Below, piece by piece: positions 1 to 15,000 of a stretch of 64,000 nt of DNA. Position numbers and translations under genes: made by a program. The first letter of the stretch is position 1, and the number at the start of each line of letters is the position of its first letter. The notes beneath the pieces were generated by a model, which worked only from the letters and a program-made list of their open reading frames with translations, was not told the DNA's origin and made no database searches. Source of the stretch: Antedon mediterranea (Eukaryota > Animalia > Echinodermata); the NCBI RefSeq assembly GCF_964355755.1, contig NC_092673.1, forward strand, positions 10,478,001-10,542,000, in the 5' to 3' direction.

Positions 1-3000
1 CTCTCTCGCTGATCTATCTCTCTCTCGCTGATCTATCTCTCTCTCGCTGATCTATCTCTCACTCGCTGATCTATCTCTCTCTCGCTGATCTATCTCTCTC
101 TCTCTCTCGCTGATCTATCTCTCTCTCGCTGATCTATCTCTCTCTCGCTGATCTATCTCTCTCTCGCAGATCTATCTCTCTCTCGCTGATCTATCTCTCT
201 CTCGCTGATCTATCTCTCTCTCTCTCGCTGATTTATCTCTCTCTCGCTGATCTATCTCTCTCGCTGATCTATCTCTCTCTCTCTGATTTATCTCTCTCTC
301 GCTTATCTATCTCTCTCTCGCTGATCTACTTCTCTCTCGCTGATCTATCTCTCTCTCTCGCTGATCTATCTCTCTCTCGCTGATCTATCTCTCTCTCGCT
401 GATCTAACTCTCTCGCTGATCTATCTCTTTCTCGCTGATCTATCTCTTTCTCGCTGATCTATCTCTCTCTCGCTGATCTATCTCTCTCTCGCTGATCTAT
501 CTCTCTCTCGCTGATCTATCTCTCACTCGCTGATCTATCTCTCACTCTCTGATCTATCTCTCTCTTGCTGATCTAACTCTCTCTCGCTGATCTATCTCTC
601 TCGTTGATCTATCTCTCTCTCGCTGATCTATCTCTCTCTCGCTGATCTATCTTTCTCGCTGATCTATCTCTCTCTCGCTGATCTATCTCTCTCTCTCGCT
701 GATCTATCTCACTCTCGCTGACCTATCTCTCTCTCGCTGATCTATCTCTCTCTCGCTGATCTATCTCTCTCTCGCCGATCTATCTCTCTCTCGCTGATCT
801 ATCTCTCTCTCGCTGATCTATATCTCTCTCGCTGATCTATCTCTCTCTCGCTGATCTTTCTCTCTCTCTGGCTGATCTATCTCTCTCTCTCTCGCTGATC
901 TATCTCTCACTCGCTGATCTATCTCTCTCTCGCTGATCTATCTCTCTCTCTCTCGCTGATCTATTTCTCTCTCGCTGATCTATCTCTCTCTCGCTGATCT
1001 ATCACTCTCTCGCTCATCTATCTCTCTCTCTCGCTGATCTATCTCTCTCGCTGATCTATCTCTCTCTCGCTGATCTATCTCTCTCTCGCTGATCTATCTC
1101 TCTCTCGCTGATCTATCTCTCTCTCGCTGATCTATCTCTCTCTCGCTGATCTATCTCTTTCTCGCTGATCTATCTCTCTCTCGCTGATCTATCTCTCTCT
1201 CGCTGATCTATCTCTCTCTCGCTGATCTATCACTCTCTCTTGCTGATCTATCTCTCTCTCTCTCACTGATCTATCTCTCTCTCTCGCTGATCTATCTCTC
1301 TCTCGCTGATCTATCTCTCTCGCTGATCTATCTCTCTCTCGCTGATCTATCTCTCTCACTCTCGCGCTGATCTATCTCTCTCTCGCTGATCTATCTCTCT
1401 CTCTCTCGCTGATCTATCTCTCTCGCTGATCTATCTCTCTCTCGCTGATCTATCTCTCTCTCGCTGATCTATCTCTCTCTCGCTGATCTATCTCTCTCTC
1501 GCTGATCTATCTCTCTCTCGCAGATCTATCTCTCTCTTGCTGATCTATCTCTCTCTGGCTGATCTATCTCTCTCTCTCTCGCTGATTTATCTCTCTCTCG
1601 CTGATCTATCTCTCTCGCTGATCTATCTCTCTCTCTCTGATTTATCTCTCTCTCGCTTATCTATCTCTCTCTCTCGCTGATCTACCTCTCTCTCGCTGAT
1701 CTATCTCTCTCTCTCGCTGATCTATCTCTCTCTCGCTGATCTATCTCTCTCTCGCTGATCTAACTCTCTCGCTGATCTATCTCTTTCTCGCTGATCTATC
1801 TCTTTCTCGCTGATCTATCTCTCTCTCGCTGATCTATCTCTCTCTCGCTGATCTATCTCTCTCTCGCTGATCTATCTCTCACTCGCTGATCTATCTCTCA
1901 CTCTCTGATCTATCTCTCTCTCGCTGATCTAACTCTCTCTCGCTGATCTATCTCTCTCGTTGATCTATCTCTCTCTCGCTGACCTATCTCTCTCTCGCTG
2001 ATCTATCTTTCTCGCTGATCTATCTCTCTCTCGCTGATCTATCTCTCTCTCTCGCTGATCTATCTCACTCTCGCTGACCTATCTCTCTCTCGCTGATCTA
2101 TCTCACTCTCGCTGACCTATCTCTCTCTCGCTGATCTATCTCTCTCTCGCTGATCTATCTCTCTCTCGCCGATCTATCTCTCTCTCGCTGATCTATCTCT
2201 CTCTCGCTGATCTATATCTCTCTCGCTGATCTATCTCTCTCTCGCTGATCTTTCTCTCTCTCTGGCTGATCTATCTCTCTCTCTCTCGCTGATCTATCTC
2301 TCACTCGCTGATCTATCTCTCTCTCGCTGATCTATCTCTCTCTCTCTCGCTGATCTATTTCTCTCTCACTGATCTATCTCTCTCTCGCTGATCTATCACT
2401 CTCTCGCTCATCTATCTCTCTCTCTCGCTGATCTATCTCTCTCGCTGATCTATCTCTCTCTCGCTGATCTATCTCTCTCTCGCTGATCTATCTCTCTCTC
2501 GCTGATCTATCTCTCTCTCTCGCTGATCTATCTCTCTCTCGCTGATCTATCTCTTTTTTCTCGCTGATCTATCTCTCTCTCGCTGATCTATCTCTCTCTC
2601 GCTGATCTATCTCTCTCGCTGATCTATCACTCTCTCTTGCTGATCTATCTCTCTCTCTCTCGCTGATCTATCTCTCTCTCTCGCTGATCTATCTCTCTCT
2701 CGCTGATCTATCTCTCTCGCTGATCTATCTCTCTCTCGCTGATCTATCTCTCTCACTCTCGCGCTGATCTATCTCTCTCTCGCTGATCTATCTCTCTCTC
2801 TCTCGCTGATCTATCTCTCTCGCTGATCTATCTCTCTCTCGCTGATCTATCTCTCTCTCGCTGATCTATCTCTCTCTCGCTGATCTATCTCTCTCTCGCT
2901 GATCTATCTCTCTCTCGCAGATCTATCTCTCTCTCGCTGATCTATCTCTCTCTCGCTGATCTATCTCTCTCTCTCTCGCTGATTTATCTCTCTCTCGCTG

Positions 3001-6000
3001 ATCTATCTCTCTCGCTATCTATCTCTCTCTCTCTGATTTATCTCTCTCTCGCTTATCTCTCTCTCTCTCGCTGATCTACTTCTCTCTCGCTGATCTATCT
3101 CTCTCTCTCGCTGACTATCTCTCTCCTCTCTCTCGCTGATCTATCTCTCTCTCGCTGATCTAACTCTCTCGCTGATCTATCTCTTTCTCGCTGATCTATC
3201 TCTTTCTCGCTGATCTATCTCTCTCTCGCTGATCTATCTCTCTCTCGCTGATCTATCTCTCTCTCGCTGATCTATCTCTCACTCGCTGATCTATCTCTCA
3301 CTCTCTGATCTATCTCTCTCTCGCTGATCTAACTCTCTCTCGCTGATCTATCTCTCTCGTGATCTATCTCTCTCTCGCTGATCTATCTCTCTCTCGCTGA
3401 TCTATCTTTCTCGCTGATCTATCTCTCTCTCGCTGATCTATCTCTCTCTCTCGCTGATCTATCTCACTCTCGCTGACCTATCTCTCTCTCGCTGATCTAT
3501 CTCTCTCTCGCTGATCTATCTCTCTCTCTCGCTGATCTATCTCTCTCTCGCTGATCTATATTTCTCTCGCTGATCTATTACTCTCTCTCGCTGATCTATC
3601 TCTCTCTCTCTCTCGCTGATCTATCTCTCTCTCTCGCTGATCTATCTCTCTCGCTGATCTATCTCTCTCTCTCGCTGATCTACTCTCTCTCTCTCTCTCT
3701 CTCGCTGATCTATCTCTCTCTCGCTGATCTATCTCTCTCTCGCTGATCTATCTCTCTCTCTCGCTGATATGTCTCTCTCTCGCTGATCTATCTCTCTCTC
3801 GCTGATCTAACTCTCCCCCGCTGATCTATCTCTCTCTCGCTAATCTATCTCTCTCTCGCTGATCTATCTCTCTCTCTCGCTGATCTATCTCTCTCGCTGA
3901 TCTATCTCTCTCTCGCTGATCTATCTCTCTCTCGCTGATCTATCTCTCTCTCGCTGATCTATCTCTCTCTCGCTGATCTATCTCTCTCTCGCTGATCTAT
4001 CACTCTCTCTCGCTGATCTATCTCTCTCTCTCGCTGATCTATCTCTCTCTCGCTGATCAATTTCTCTCTCGCTGATCTATCTCTCTAGCTGATCTATCTC
4101 TCTCTCGCTGATCTATCTCTCTCTCTCTCTCGCTGATCTATCTCTCTCTCGCTGATCTATCTCTCTCTCGCTGATCTATCTCTCTCTCGCTGATCTGTCT
4201 CTCTCTCGCTGATCTATCTCTCTCTCGCTGATCTATCTCTCTCTCGCTGATCTATCTCTCTCTCGCTGATCTATCTCTCTCTCTCGCTTATCTATCTCTC
4301 TCTCGCTGATCTACCTCTCTCTCACTGATCTATCTCTCTCTCTCGCTGATCTATCTCTCTCTCGCTGATATATCTCTCTCTCGCTGATCTAACTCTCTCG
4401 CAGATCTATCTCTCTCTCGCTGATCTATCTCTTTCTCGCTGATCTCTCTCTCTCTCGCTGATCTATCTCTCTCTCGCTGATCTATCTCTCTCTCGCTGAT
4501 CTATCTCTCTCTCGCTGATCTATCTCTCTCGCTGATCTATCTCTTTCTCGCAGATCTATCACTCTCTCTCGCTGATCTATCTCTCTCTCTCGCTGATCTA
4601 TCTCTCTCTCTCGCTGATCTATCTCTCTCTCGCTGATCTATCTCTCTCGCTGATCTATCTCTCTCTCGCTGATCTATCTCTCTCTCTCTCTCTCGCTGAT
4701 CTATCTCTCTCTCGCTGATCTATCTCTCTCTCGCTGATCTATCTCTCTCTCTCGCTGATCTATATCTCTCTGGCTGATCTATCTCTCTCTCGCTGATCTT
4801 TCTCTCTCTCTGGCTGATCTATCTCTCTCTCGCTGATCTATCTCTCTCGCTGATCTATCTCTCTCTCGCTGATCTATATTTCTCTCGCTGATCTATCTCT
4901 CTCTCACGCTGATCTATCTCTCTCTCGCTGATCTATCTCTCTCTCGCAGATCCATCTCTCTCTCGCTGATCTATCTCTCTCTCGCTGATCTATCTCCCTC
5001 GCTGTTCTATCTCTCTCTAGTTGATCTATCTCTCTCTGGCTAATCTATCTCTCTCTCGCTGATCTATCTCTCTCTCTCTCGCTGATCTATCTCTCTCTCT
5101 CGCTGATCTATCTCTCTCTCGCTGATCTATCTCTCTCTCTCGCTGATCTATCTCTCTCGCTGATCTATCTCTCTCTCGCTGATCTATCTCTCTCTCGCTG
5201 ATCTATCTCTCTCTCGCTGATCTATCTCTCTCGCTGATCTATCTCTCTCTCTCGCTGATCTATCACTCTCTCTCGCTGATCTATCTCTCTTTCTCTCGCT
5301 GATCTATCTCTCTCTTTCGCTGATCTATCTCTCTCTCGCTGATCTATCTCTCTCGCTGATCTATCTCTCTCTCGCTGATCTATCTCTCTCTCTCTCTCGC
5401 TGATCTATCTCTCTCTCGCTGATCTATCTCTCTCTGGCTGATCTATCTCTCTCTCGCTGATCTGTCTCTCTCTCGCTGATCTATCTCTCTCTCGCTGATC
5501 TATCTCTCTCTCGCTGATCTATCTCTCTCTCGCTGATCTATCTCTTTCTCGCTTATCTATCTCTCTCTCGCTGATCTACCTCTCTCTCGCTGATCTATCT
5601 CTCTCTCTCGCTATTCTATCTCTCTCTCGCTGAAATATCTCTCTCTCGCTGATCTAACCTCTCGCTGATCTATCTCTCTCTCGCTGATCTATCTCTTTCT
5701 CGCTGATCTATCTCTCTCTCGCTGATCTATCACTCTCTCGCTGATCTATCTCTCTCTCGCTGATCTATCTCTCTCTCGCTGATCTATCTCTCTCTCGCTG
5801 ATCTATCTCTCTCTCTCGCTTATCTATCTCTCTCTCGCTGATCTACCTCTCTCTCGCTGATCTATCTCTCTCTCTCGCTGATCTATCTCTCTCTCGCTGA
5901 TATATCTCTCTCTCGCTGATCTAACTCTCTCGCAGATCTATCTCTCTCTCGCTGATCTATCTCTTTCTCGCTGATCTCTCTCTCTCTCGCTGATCTATCT

Positions 6001-9000
6001 CTCTCTCGCTGATCTATCTCTCTCTCGCTGATCTATCTCTCTCTCGCTGATCTATCTCTCTCTCGCTGATCTATCTCTCTCTCGCAGATCTATCACTCTC
6101 TCTCGCTGATCTATCTCTCTCTCTCGCTGATCTATCTCTCTCTCTCGCTGATCTATCTCTCTCTCGCTGATCTATCTCTCTCGCTGATCTATCTCTCTCT
6201 CGCTGATCTATCTCTCTCTCTCTCTCTCGCTGATCTATCTCTCTCTCGCTGATCTATCTCTCTCTCGCTGATCTATCTCTCTCTCTCGCTGATCTATATC
6301 TCTCTGGCTGATCTATCTCTCTCTCGCTGATCTTTCTCTCTCTCTGGCTGATCTATCTCTCTCTCGCTGATCTATCTCTCTCTCGCTGATCTATCTCTCT
6401 CTCTCTCGCTGATCTATCTCTCTCGCTGATCTATCTCTCTCTCGCTGATCTATCTCTCTCTCTCGCTGATCTATCTCTCTCTCGCTGATCTATCTCTCTC
6501 GCTGATCTATCTCTCTCTCTCGCTGATCTATCACTCTCTCTCGCTGATCTATCTCTCTCTCTCTCGCTGATCTATCTCTCTCTTTCGCTGATCTATCTCT
6601 CTCTCGCTGATCTATCTCTCTCGCTGATCTATCTCTCTCTCGCTGATCTATCTCTCTCTCTCTCTCGCTGATCTATCTCTCTCTCGCTGATCTATCTCTC
6701 TCTCGCTGATCTATCTCTCTCTCGCTGATCTGTCTCTCTCTCGCTGATCTATCTCTCTCTCGCTGATCTATCTCTCTCTCGCTGATCTATCTCTCTCTCG
6801 CTGATCTATCTCTCTCTCGCTTATCTATCTCTCTCTCGCTGATCTATCTCTCTCTCGCTGATCTACCTCTCTCTCGCTGATCTATCTCTCTTTCTCGCTA
6901 TTCTATCTCTCTCTCGCTGATATATCTCTCTCTCGCTGATCTAACTCTCTCGCTGATCTATCTCTCTCTCGCTGATCTATCTCTTTCTCGCTGATCTATC
7001 TCTCTCTCGCTGATCTATCACTCTCTCGCTGATCTATCTCTCTCTCGCTGATCTATCTCTCTCTAGCTGATCTATCTCTCTCTCGCTGATCTATCTCTCT
7101 CTCGCTGATCTATCACTCTCTCTCGCTGATCTATCTCTCTCTCTCTCGCTGATCTATCTCTCTCTCTCGCTGATCTATCTCTCTCTCGCTGATCTATCTC
7201 TCTCGCTGATCTATCTCTCTCTCGCTGATCTATCTCTCTCACTCTCCCGCTGATCTATCTCTCTCTCGCTGATCTATCCCTCTCTCGCAGATCCATCTCT
7301 CTCTCGCTGATCTATCTATCTCTCGCTGATCTATCTCCCTCGCTGTTCTATCTCTCTAGTTGATCTATCTCTCTCTCGCTGATCTATCTCTCTCTCGCTG
7401 ATCTATCTCTCTCTCTCTCGCTGATCTATCTCTCTCTCGCTGATCTATCTCTCTCTCTTGCTGATCTATCACTCTCTCTCGCTGATCTATCTCTCTCTCG
7501 CGCTGATCTATCTCTCTCTCTCTCGCTGATCTATCTCTATATCTCACTGATCTATCTCTCTCTCTCGCTGATCTATCTCTCTCTCCCGCTGATCTATCTC
7601 TAGCTCTCTGTCGCTGATCTTTCTCTAGCTCTCTCTCGCTGATCTATCTCTCTCTGTCGCTGATCTATCTCCCTCTGTCGCTGATCTATCTCTCTCTGTC
7701 GCTGATCTATCTCTCTTTGTCGCTGATCTATCTCTCTATCTCTCTCTCGCTGATCTATCTCTCTCGCTGATCTATCTTTCTCTCGCTGATCTATCTCTCT
7801 CTCGCTGATTTATCTCCCTCTGTCGCTGATCTATTTCTCTCTCGCTGATCTATCTCTCTCTCGCTGATCTATCTCTCTCGCTGATCTATCTCTCTCTCTC
7901 GCTGATCTATCCCATTCTCGCTGATCTAACTCTCTCGCTGATCTAACTCTCTCTCGCTGATCTATCTCTTTCTCGCTGATCTATCTCTCTCTCGCTGATC
8001 TATCTCTCTCTCGCTGATCTATCTCTCTCTCGCTGATCTATCTCTCTCTCGCTGATCTATCTCTCTCTCTCTCGCTGATCTATCACTCTCTCTCGCTGAT
8101 CTATCTCTCTCACTCGCTGATCTATCTCTCTCTCGCTGATCTATCTCTCTCGCTGATCTATCTCTCTCTCTCGCTGATCTATCTCTCTCTCTCTCTCGCT
8201 GATCTATCTCTCTCTCGCTGATCTATCTCTCTCTCGCTGATCTATCTCTCTCTCGCTGATCTATCTCTCTCTCGCTGATCTATCTCTCTCTCTCTCGCTG
8301 ATCTATCACTCTCTCTCTCGCTGATCTATCTCTCTCTCTCTCGCTGATCTATCTCTCTCTCTCGCTGATCTATCTCTCTCTCGCTGATCTATCTCTCTCG
8401 CTGATCTATCTCTCTCTCGCTGATCTATCTCTCTCTCTCTCGCTTATCTATCTCTCTCTCGCTGATCTATCTCTCTCTCGCTGATCTATCTCTCTCTCGC
8501 CGAACTGTCTCTCTCTCGCTGATCTATCTCTCTCTCGCTGATCTATCTCTCTCTCGCTGATCTATCTCTCTCTCGCTGATCTATCTCTGTCTCGCTTATC
8601 TATCTCTCTCTCGCTGATCTACCTCTCTCTCGCTGATCTATCTCTCTCTCGCTGATCTATCTCTCTCTCGCTGATATATCTCTCTCTCGCTGATCTAACT
8701 CTCTCGCTGATCTATCTCTCTCTCGCTGATCTATCTCTTTCTCGCTGATCTATCTCTCTCTCGCTGATCTATCTCTCTCTCGCTGATCTATCTCTCTCTC
8801 GCTGATCTATCTCTCTCTCGCTGATCTATCTCTCTCTCTCTCGCTGATCTATCACTCTCTCTCGCTGATCTATCTCTCTCTCTCTCGCTGATCTATCTCT
8901 CTCTCTCTCGCTGATCTATCTCTCTCTCGCTGATCTATCTCTCTCGCTGATCTATCTCTCTCTCTCGCTGATCTATCTCTCTCTCTCTCTCGCTGATCTA

Positions 9001-12000
9001 TCTCTCTCTCGCTGATCTATCTCTCTCTCGCTGATCTATCTCTCTCTCGCTGATATGTCTCTCTCTCGCTGATCTATCTCTCTCTCGCTGATCTAACTCT
9101 CCCCCGCTGATCTATCTCTCTCTCGCTAATCTATCTCTCTCTCTCGCTGATCTATCTCTCTCTCTCGCTGATCTATCTCTCTCGCTGATCTATCTCTCTC
9201 TCGCTGATCTATCTCTCTCTCGCTGATCTATCTCTCTCTCGCTGAATTATCTCTCTCTCGCTGATCTATCTCTTTCTCGCTGATCTCTCTCTCTCTCGCT
9301 GATCTATCTCTCTCTCGCTGATCTATCTCTCTCTTGCTGATCTATCTCTCTCTCGCTGATCTATCTCTCTCTCGCAGATCTATCACTCTCTCTCGCTGAT
9401 CTATCTCTCTCTCTCGCTGATCTATCTCTCTCTCTCGCTGATATATCTCTCTCTCGCTGATCTATCTCTCTCGCTGATCTATCTCTCTCTCGCTGATCTA
9501 TCTCTCTCTCTCTCTCTCTCGCTGATCTATCTCTCTCTCGCTGATCTATCTCTCTCTCGCTGATCTATCTCTCTCTCTCGCTGATCTATATCTCTCTGGC
9601 TGATCTATCTCTCTCTCGCTGATCTTTCTCTCTCTCTGGCTGATCTATCTCTCTCTCGCTGATCTATCTCTCTCGCTGATCTATCTCTCTCTCGCTGATC
9701 TATCTCTCTCTCTCGCTGATCTATCTCTCTCTCGCTGATCTATATTTCTCTCGCTGATCTATCTCTCTCTCACGCTGATCTATCTCTCTCTCGCTGATCT
9801 ATCTCTTTCTTGCAGATCCATCTCTCTCTCGCTGATCTATCTCTCTCTCGCTGATATATCTCCCTCGCTGTTCTATCTCTCTGTAGTTGATCTGTCTCTC
9901 TCTGGCTAATCTATCTCTCTCTCGCTGATCTATCTCTCTCTCTCTCGCTGATCTATCTCTCTCTCTCGCTGATCTATCTCTCTCTCGCTGATCTATCTCT
10001 CTCTCTCGCTGATCTATCTCTCTCGCTGATCTATCTCTCTCTCGCTGATCTATCTCTATCTCGCTGATCTATCTCTCTCTCGCTGATCTATCTCTCTCGC
10101 TGATCTATCTCTCTCTCTCGCTGATCTATCACTCTCTCTCGCTGATCTATCTCTCTCTCTCGCTGATCTATCTCTCTCTCTCGCTGATCTATCTCTCTCT
10201 CGCTGATCTATCTCTCTCGCTGATCTATCTCTCTCTCTCTCTCGCTGATCTATCTCTCTCTCGCTGATCTATCTCTCTCTCGCTGATCTATCTCTCTCTC
10301 GCTGATCTGTCTCTCTCTCGCTGATCTATCTCTCTCTCGCTGATCTATCTCTCTCTCGCTGATCTATCTCTCTCTCGCTGATCTATCTCTCTCTCGCTTA
10401 TCTATCTCTCTCTCGCTGATCTACCTCTCTCTCGCTGATCTATCTCTCTCTCTCACTATTCTATCTCTCTCTCGCTGATATATCTCTCTCTCGCTGATCT
10501 AACTCTCTCGCTGATCTATCTCTCTCTCGCTGATCTATCTCTTTCTCGCTGATCTATCTCTCTCTCGCTGATCTATCACTCTCTCGCTGATCTATCTCTC
10601 TCTCGCTGATCTATCTCTCTCTCTCTCGCTGATCTATCTCTCTCTCTCGCTGATCTATCTCTCTCTCGCTGATCTATCTCTCTCGCTGATCTATCTCTCT
10701 CTCGCTGATCTATCTCTCTCACTCTCGCGCTGATCTATCTCTCTCTCGCTGATCTATCCCTCTCTCGCAGATCCATCTCTCTCTCGCTGATCTATCTATC
10801 TCTCGCTGATCTATCTCCCTCGCTGTTCTATCTCTCTAGTTGATCTATCTCTCTCTCGCTGATCTATCTCTCTCTCGCTGATCTATCTCTCTCTCTCTCT
10901 CGCTGATCTATCTCTCTCTCGCTGATCTATCTCTCTCTCTTGCTGATCTATCACTCTCTCTCGCTGATCTATCTCTCTCTCGCGCTGATCTATCTCTCTC
11001 TCTCTCTCTCGCTGATCTATCTCTATATCTCACTGATCTATCTCTCTCTCTCGCTGATCTATCTCTCTCTCCCGCTGATCTATCTCTAGCTCTCTGTCGC
11101 TGATCTATCTCTAGCTCTCTCTCGCTGATCTATCTCTCTCTGTCGCTGATCTATCTCCCTCTGTCGCTGATCTATCTCTCTCTGTCGCTGATCTATCTCT
11201 CTCTGTCGCTGATCTATCTCTCTATCTCTCTCTTGCTGATCTATCTCTCTCGCTGATCTATCTCTCTCTCGCTGATCTATCTCTCTCTTGCTGATCTATC
11301 TCCCTCTGTCGCTGATCTATTTCTCTCTCGCTGATCTATCTCTCTCTCGCTGATCTATCTCTCTCGCTGATCTATCTCTCTCTCTCGCTGATCTATCTCA
11401 TTCTCGCTGATCTATCTCTCTCTCGCTGATCTATCTCTCACTCGCTGATCTATCTCTCTCTCGCTGATCTATCTCTCTCTCTCTCTCTCGCTGATCTCTC
11501 TCTCTCGCTGATCTATCTCTCTCTCGCTGATCTATCTCTCTCTCGCTGATCTATCTCTCTCTCGCTGATCTATCTCTCTCGCTGATCTATCTCTCTCTCG
11601 CTGATCTATCTCTCTCTCGCTGATCTATCTCTCTCTCGCTGATCTATCTCTCTCTCTCGCTGATCTATCACTCTCTCTCGCTGATCTATCTCTCTCTCTC
11701 TCGCTGATCTATCTCTCTCTCTCGCTGATCTATCTCTCTCTCGCTGATCTATCTCTCTCTCTCTCGCTTATCTATCTCTCTCTCGCTGATCTATCTCTCT
11801 CTCGCTGATCTATCTCTCTCTCGCCGAACTGTCTCTCTCTCGCTGATCTATCTCTCTCTCGCTGATCTATCTCTCTCTCGCTGATCTATCTCTCTCTCGC
11901 TGATCTTTCTCTCTCTCGCTTATCTATCTCTTTCTCTCGCTGATCTACCTCTCTCTCGCTGATCTATCTCTCTCTCGCTGATCTATCTCTCTCTCGCTGA

Positions 12001-15000
12001 TCTATCTCTCTCTCTCTCTCTCTCGCTGATCTATCAGAGAGAGATAGATCAGCGAGAGAGAAATAGATCAGCGACAGAGGGAGATAGATCGCTGATCTAT
12101 CTCTCTCTCGCTGATCTATCTCTCTCTCGCTGATCTATATCTCTCTCGCTGATCTATCTCTCTCTCGCTGATCTTTCTCTCTCTCTGGCTGATCTATCTT
12201 TCTCTCGCTGATCTATCTCTCTCGCTGATCTATCTCTCTCTCGCTTATCTATCTCTCTCTGTCACTGATCTATCTCTCTCTCGCTGATCTATCTTTCTCT
12301 CGCTGATCTATCTCTCTCTCTCTCGCGCGCTGATCTATCTCTCTCTCTCGCTGATCTATCTCTCTCTCGCAGATCCATCTCTCTCTCGCTGATCTATCTT
12401 TCTCTCGCTGATCTATCTCTCTCTCTCTCTCGCGCTGATCTATCTCTCTCTCGCTGATCTATCTCTCTCTCGCAGATCCATCTCTCTCTCGCTGATCTAT
12501 CTCTCTCTCGCTGATCTATCTCCCTCGCTGTTCTATCTCTCTCTAGTTGATCTATCTCTCTCTCGCTGATCTATCTCTCTCTCGCTGATCTATCTCTCTC
12601 TCTCTCGCGCTGATCTATCTCTCTCTCGCGCTGATCTATCTCTCTCTCGCTGATCTATCCCTCTCTCGCAGATCCATCTCTCTCTCGCTGATCTATCTAT
12701 CTCTCGCTGATCTATCTCCCTCGCTGTTCTATCTCTCTAGTTGATCTATCTCTCTCTCGCTGATCTATCTCTCTCTCGCTGATCTATCTCTCTCTCTCTC
12801 GCTGATCTATCTCTCTCTCGCTGATCTATCTCTCTCGCTGATTTATCTCTCTCTCGCTGATCTATCTCTCTCTCTCGCTGATCTATCTCTCTCTCGCTGA
12901 TCTATATTTCTCTCGCTGATCTATCTCTCTCTCTCGCGCTGATCTATCTCTCTCTCGCTGATCTATCTCTCTCTCGCAGATCCATCTCTCTCTCGCTGAT
13001 CTATCTCTCTCTCGCTGATCTATCTCCCTCGCTGTTCTGTCTCTCTCTAGTTGATCTATCTCTCTCTCGCTGATCTATCTCTCTCTCGCTGATCTATCTC
13101 TCTCTCTCTCGCTGATCTATCTCTCTCTCTCGCTGATCTATCTCTCTCTCTCGCTGATCTATCTCTCTCTCTCGCTGATCTATCTCTCTCGCTGATCTAT
13201 CTCTCTCTCGCTGATCTACCTCTCTCTCGCTGATCTATCTCTCTCTCTCGCTGATCTATCTCTCTCTCGCTGATATATCTCTCTCTCGCTGATCTAACTC
13301 TCTCGCTGATCTATCTCTCTCTCGCTGATCTATCTCTTTCTCGCTGATCTATCTCTCTCTCGCTGATCTATCACTCTCTCGCTGATCTATCCTATCTCTC
13401 TCTCGCTGATCTATATCTCTCTCGCTGATCTATCTCTCTCTCTCGCTGATCTTTCTCTCTCTCTGGCTGATCTATCTCTCTCTCTCGCTGATCTATCTCT
13501 CTCTCTCTCGCTGATCTATCTCTCTCTCTCGCTGATCTATCTCTCTCTCGCTGATCTATCTCTCTCGCTGATCTATCTCTCTCTCGCTGATCTATCTCTC
13601 TCTCTCTCTCTCGCTGATCTATCTCTCTCTTGCTGATCTATGTCTCTCTCTCGCTGATCTATCTCTCTCTCGCTGATCTATATCTCTCTCGCTGATCTAT
13701 CTCTCTCTCGCTGATCTATCTCTCTCTCTCGCTGATCTATCACTCTCTCTCGCTGATCTATCTCTCTCTCTCTCGCTGATCTATCTCTCTCTCTCTCGCT
13801 GATCTATCTCTCTCTCTCGCTGATCTATCTCTCTCGCTGATCTATCTCTCTCTCGCTGATCTATCGCTCTCTCTCGCTTATCTATCTCTCTCTCGCTGAT
13901 CTATCTCTCTCTCGCAGATCCATCTCTCTCTCGCTGATCTATCTCTCTCGCGCTGATCTATCTCTCTCTCGCTGATCTATCTCTCTCTCGCAGATCCATC
14001 TCTCTCTCGCTGATCTATCTCTCTCTCGCTGATCTATCTCCCTCGCTGTTCTATCTCTCTCTAGTTGATCTATCTCTCTCTCGCTGATCTATCTCTCTCT
14101 CGCTGATCTATCTCTCTCTCTCTCTCTCGCTGATCTTTCTCTCTCTCTGGCTGATCTATCTTTCTCTCGCTGATCTATCTCTCTCGCTGATCTATCTCTC
14201 TCTCGCTGATCTATCTCTCTCTCTCGCTGATCTATCTCTCTCTCGCTGATCTATCTCTCTCTCGCTGATCTATCTCTCTCTCTCGCTGATCTATCTCTCT
14301 CTCGCTGATCTATCTTTCTCTCGCTGATCTATCTCTCTCTCTCTCGCGCTGATCTATCTCTCTCTCTCGCTGATCTATCTCTCTCTCGCAGATCCATCTC
14401 TCTCTAGTTGATCTATCTCTCTCTCGCTGATCTCTCTCTCTCTCTCGCTGATCTATCTCTCTCTCTCTCGCTGATCTATCTCTCTCTCGCTGATCTATCT
14501 CTCTCTCTTGCTGATCTATCACTCTCTCTCGCTGATCTATCTCTCTCTCGCGCTGATCTATCTCTCTCTCTCGCTGATCTATCTCTATCTCTCATTGATC
14601 TATCTCTCTCTCTCGCTGATCTATCTCTCTCTCGCTGATCTATCTCTAGCTCTCTGTCGCTGATCTATCTCTAGCTCTCTCTCGCTGATCTATCTCTCTC
14701 TGTCGCTGATCTATCTCTCTCTGTCGCTGATCTATCTCTCTCTGTCGCAGATCTATCTCTCTCTGTCGCTGATCTATCTTCCTCTGTCGCTGATCTATCT
14801 CTCTCTGTCGCTGATCTATCTCTCTCTGTCGCTGATCTATCTCTCTATCTCTCTCTCGCTGATCTATCTCTCTCGCTGATCTATCTCTCTCTCGCTGATC
14901 TATCTCTCTCTCGCTGATCTATCTCCCTCTCGCTGATCTATTTCTCTCTCGCTGATCTATCTATCTCTCGCTGATCTATCTCTCTCTCTTGCTGATCTAT

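Noticed and set aside
7365-14638. ORFs within the satellite (REIDQRE / LADLSLS repeats)
   Set aside because: Chance translations of the 19-bp repeat.
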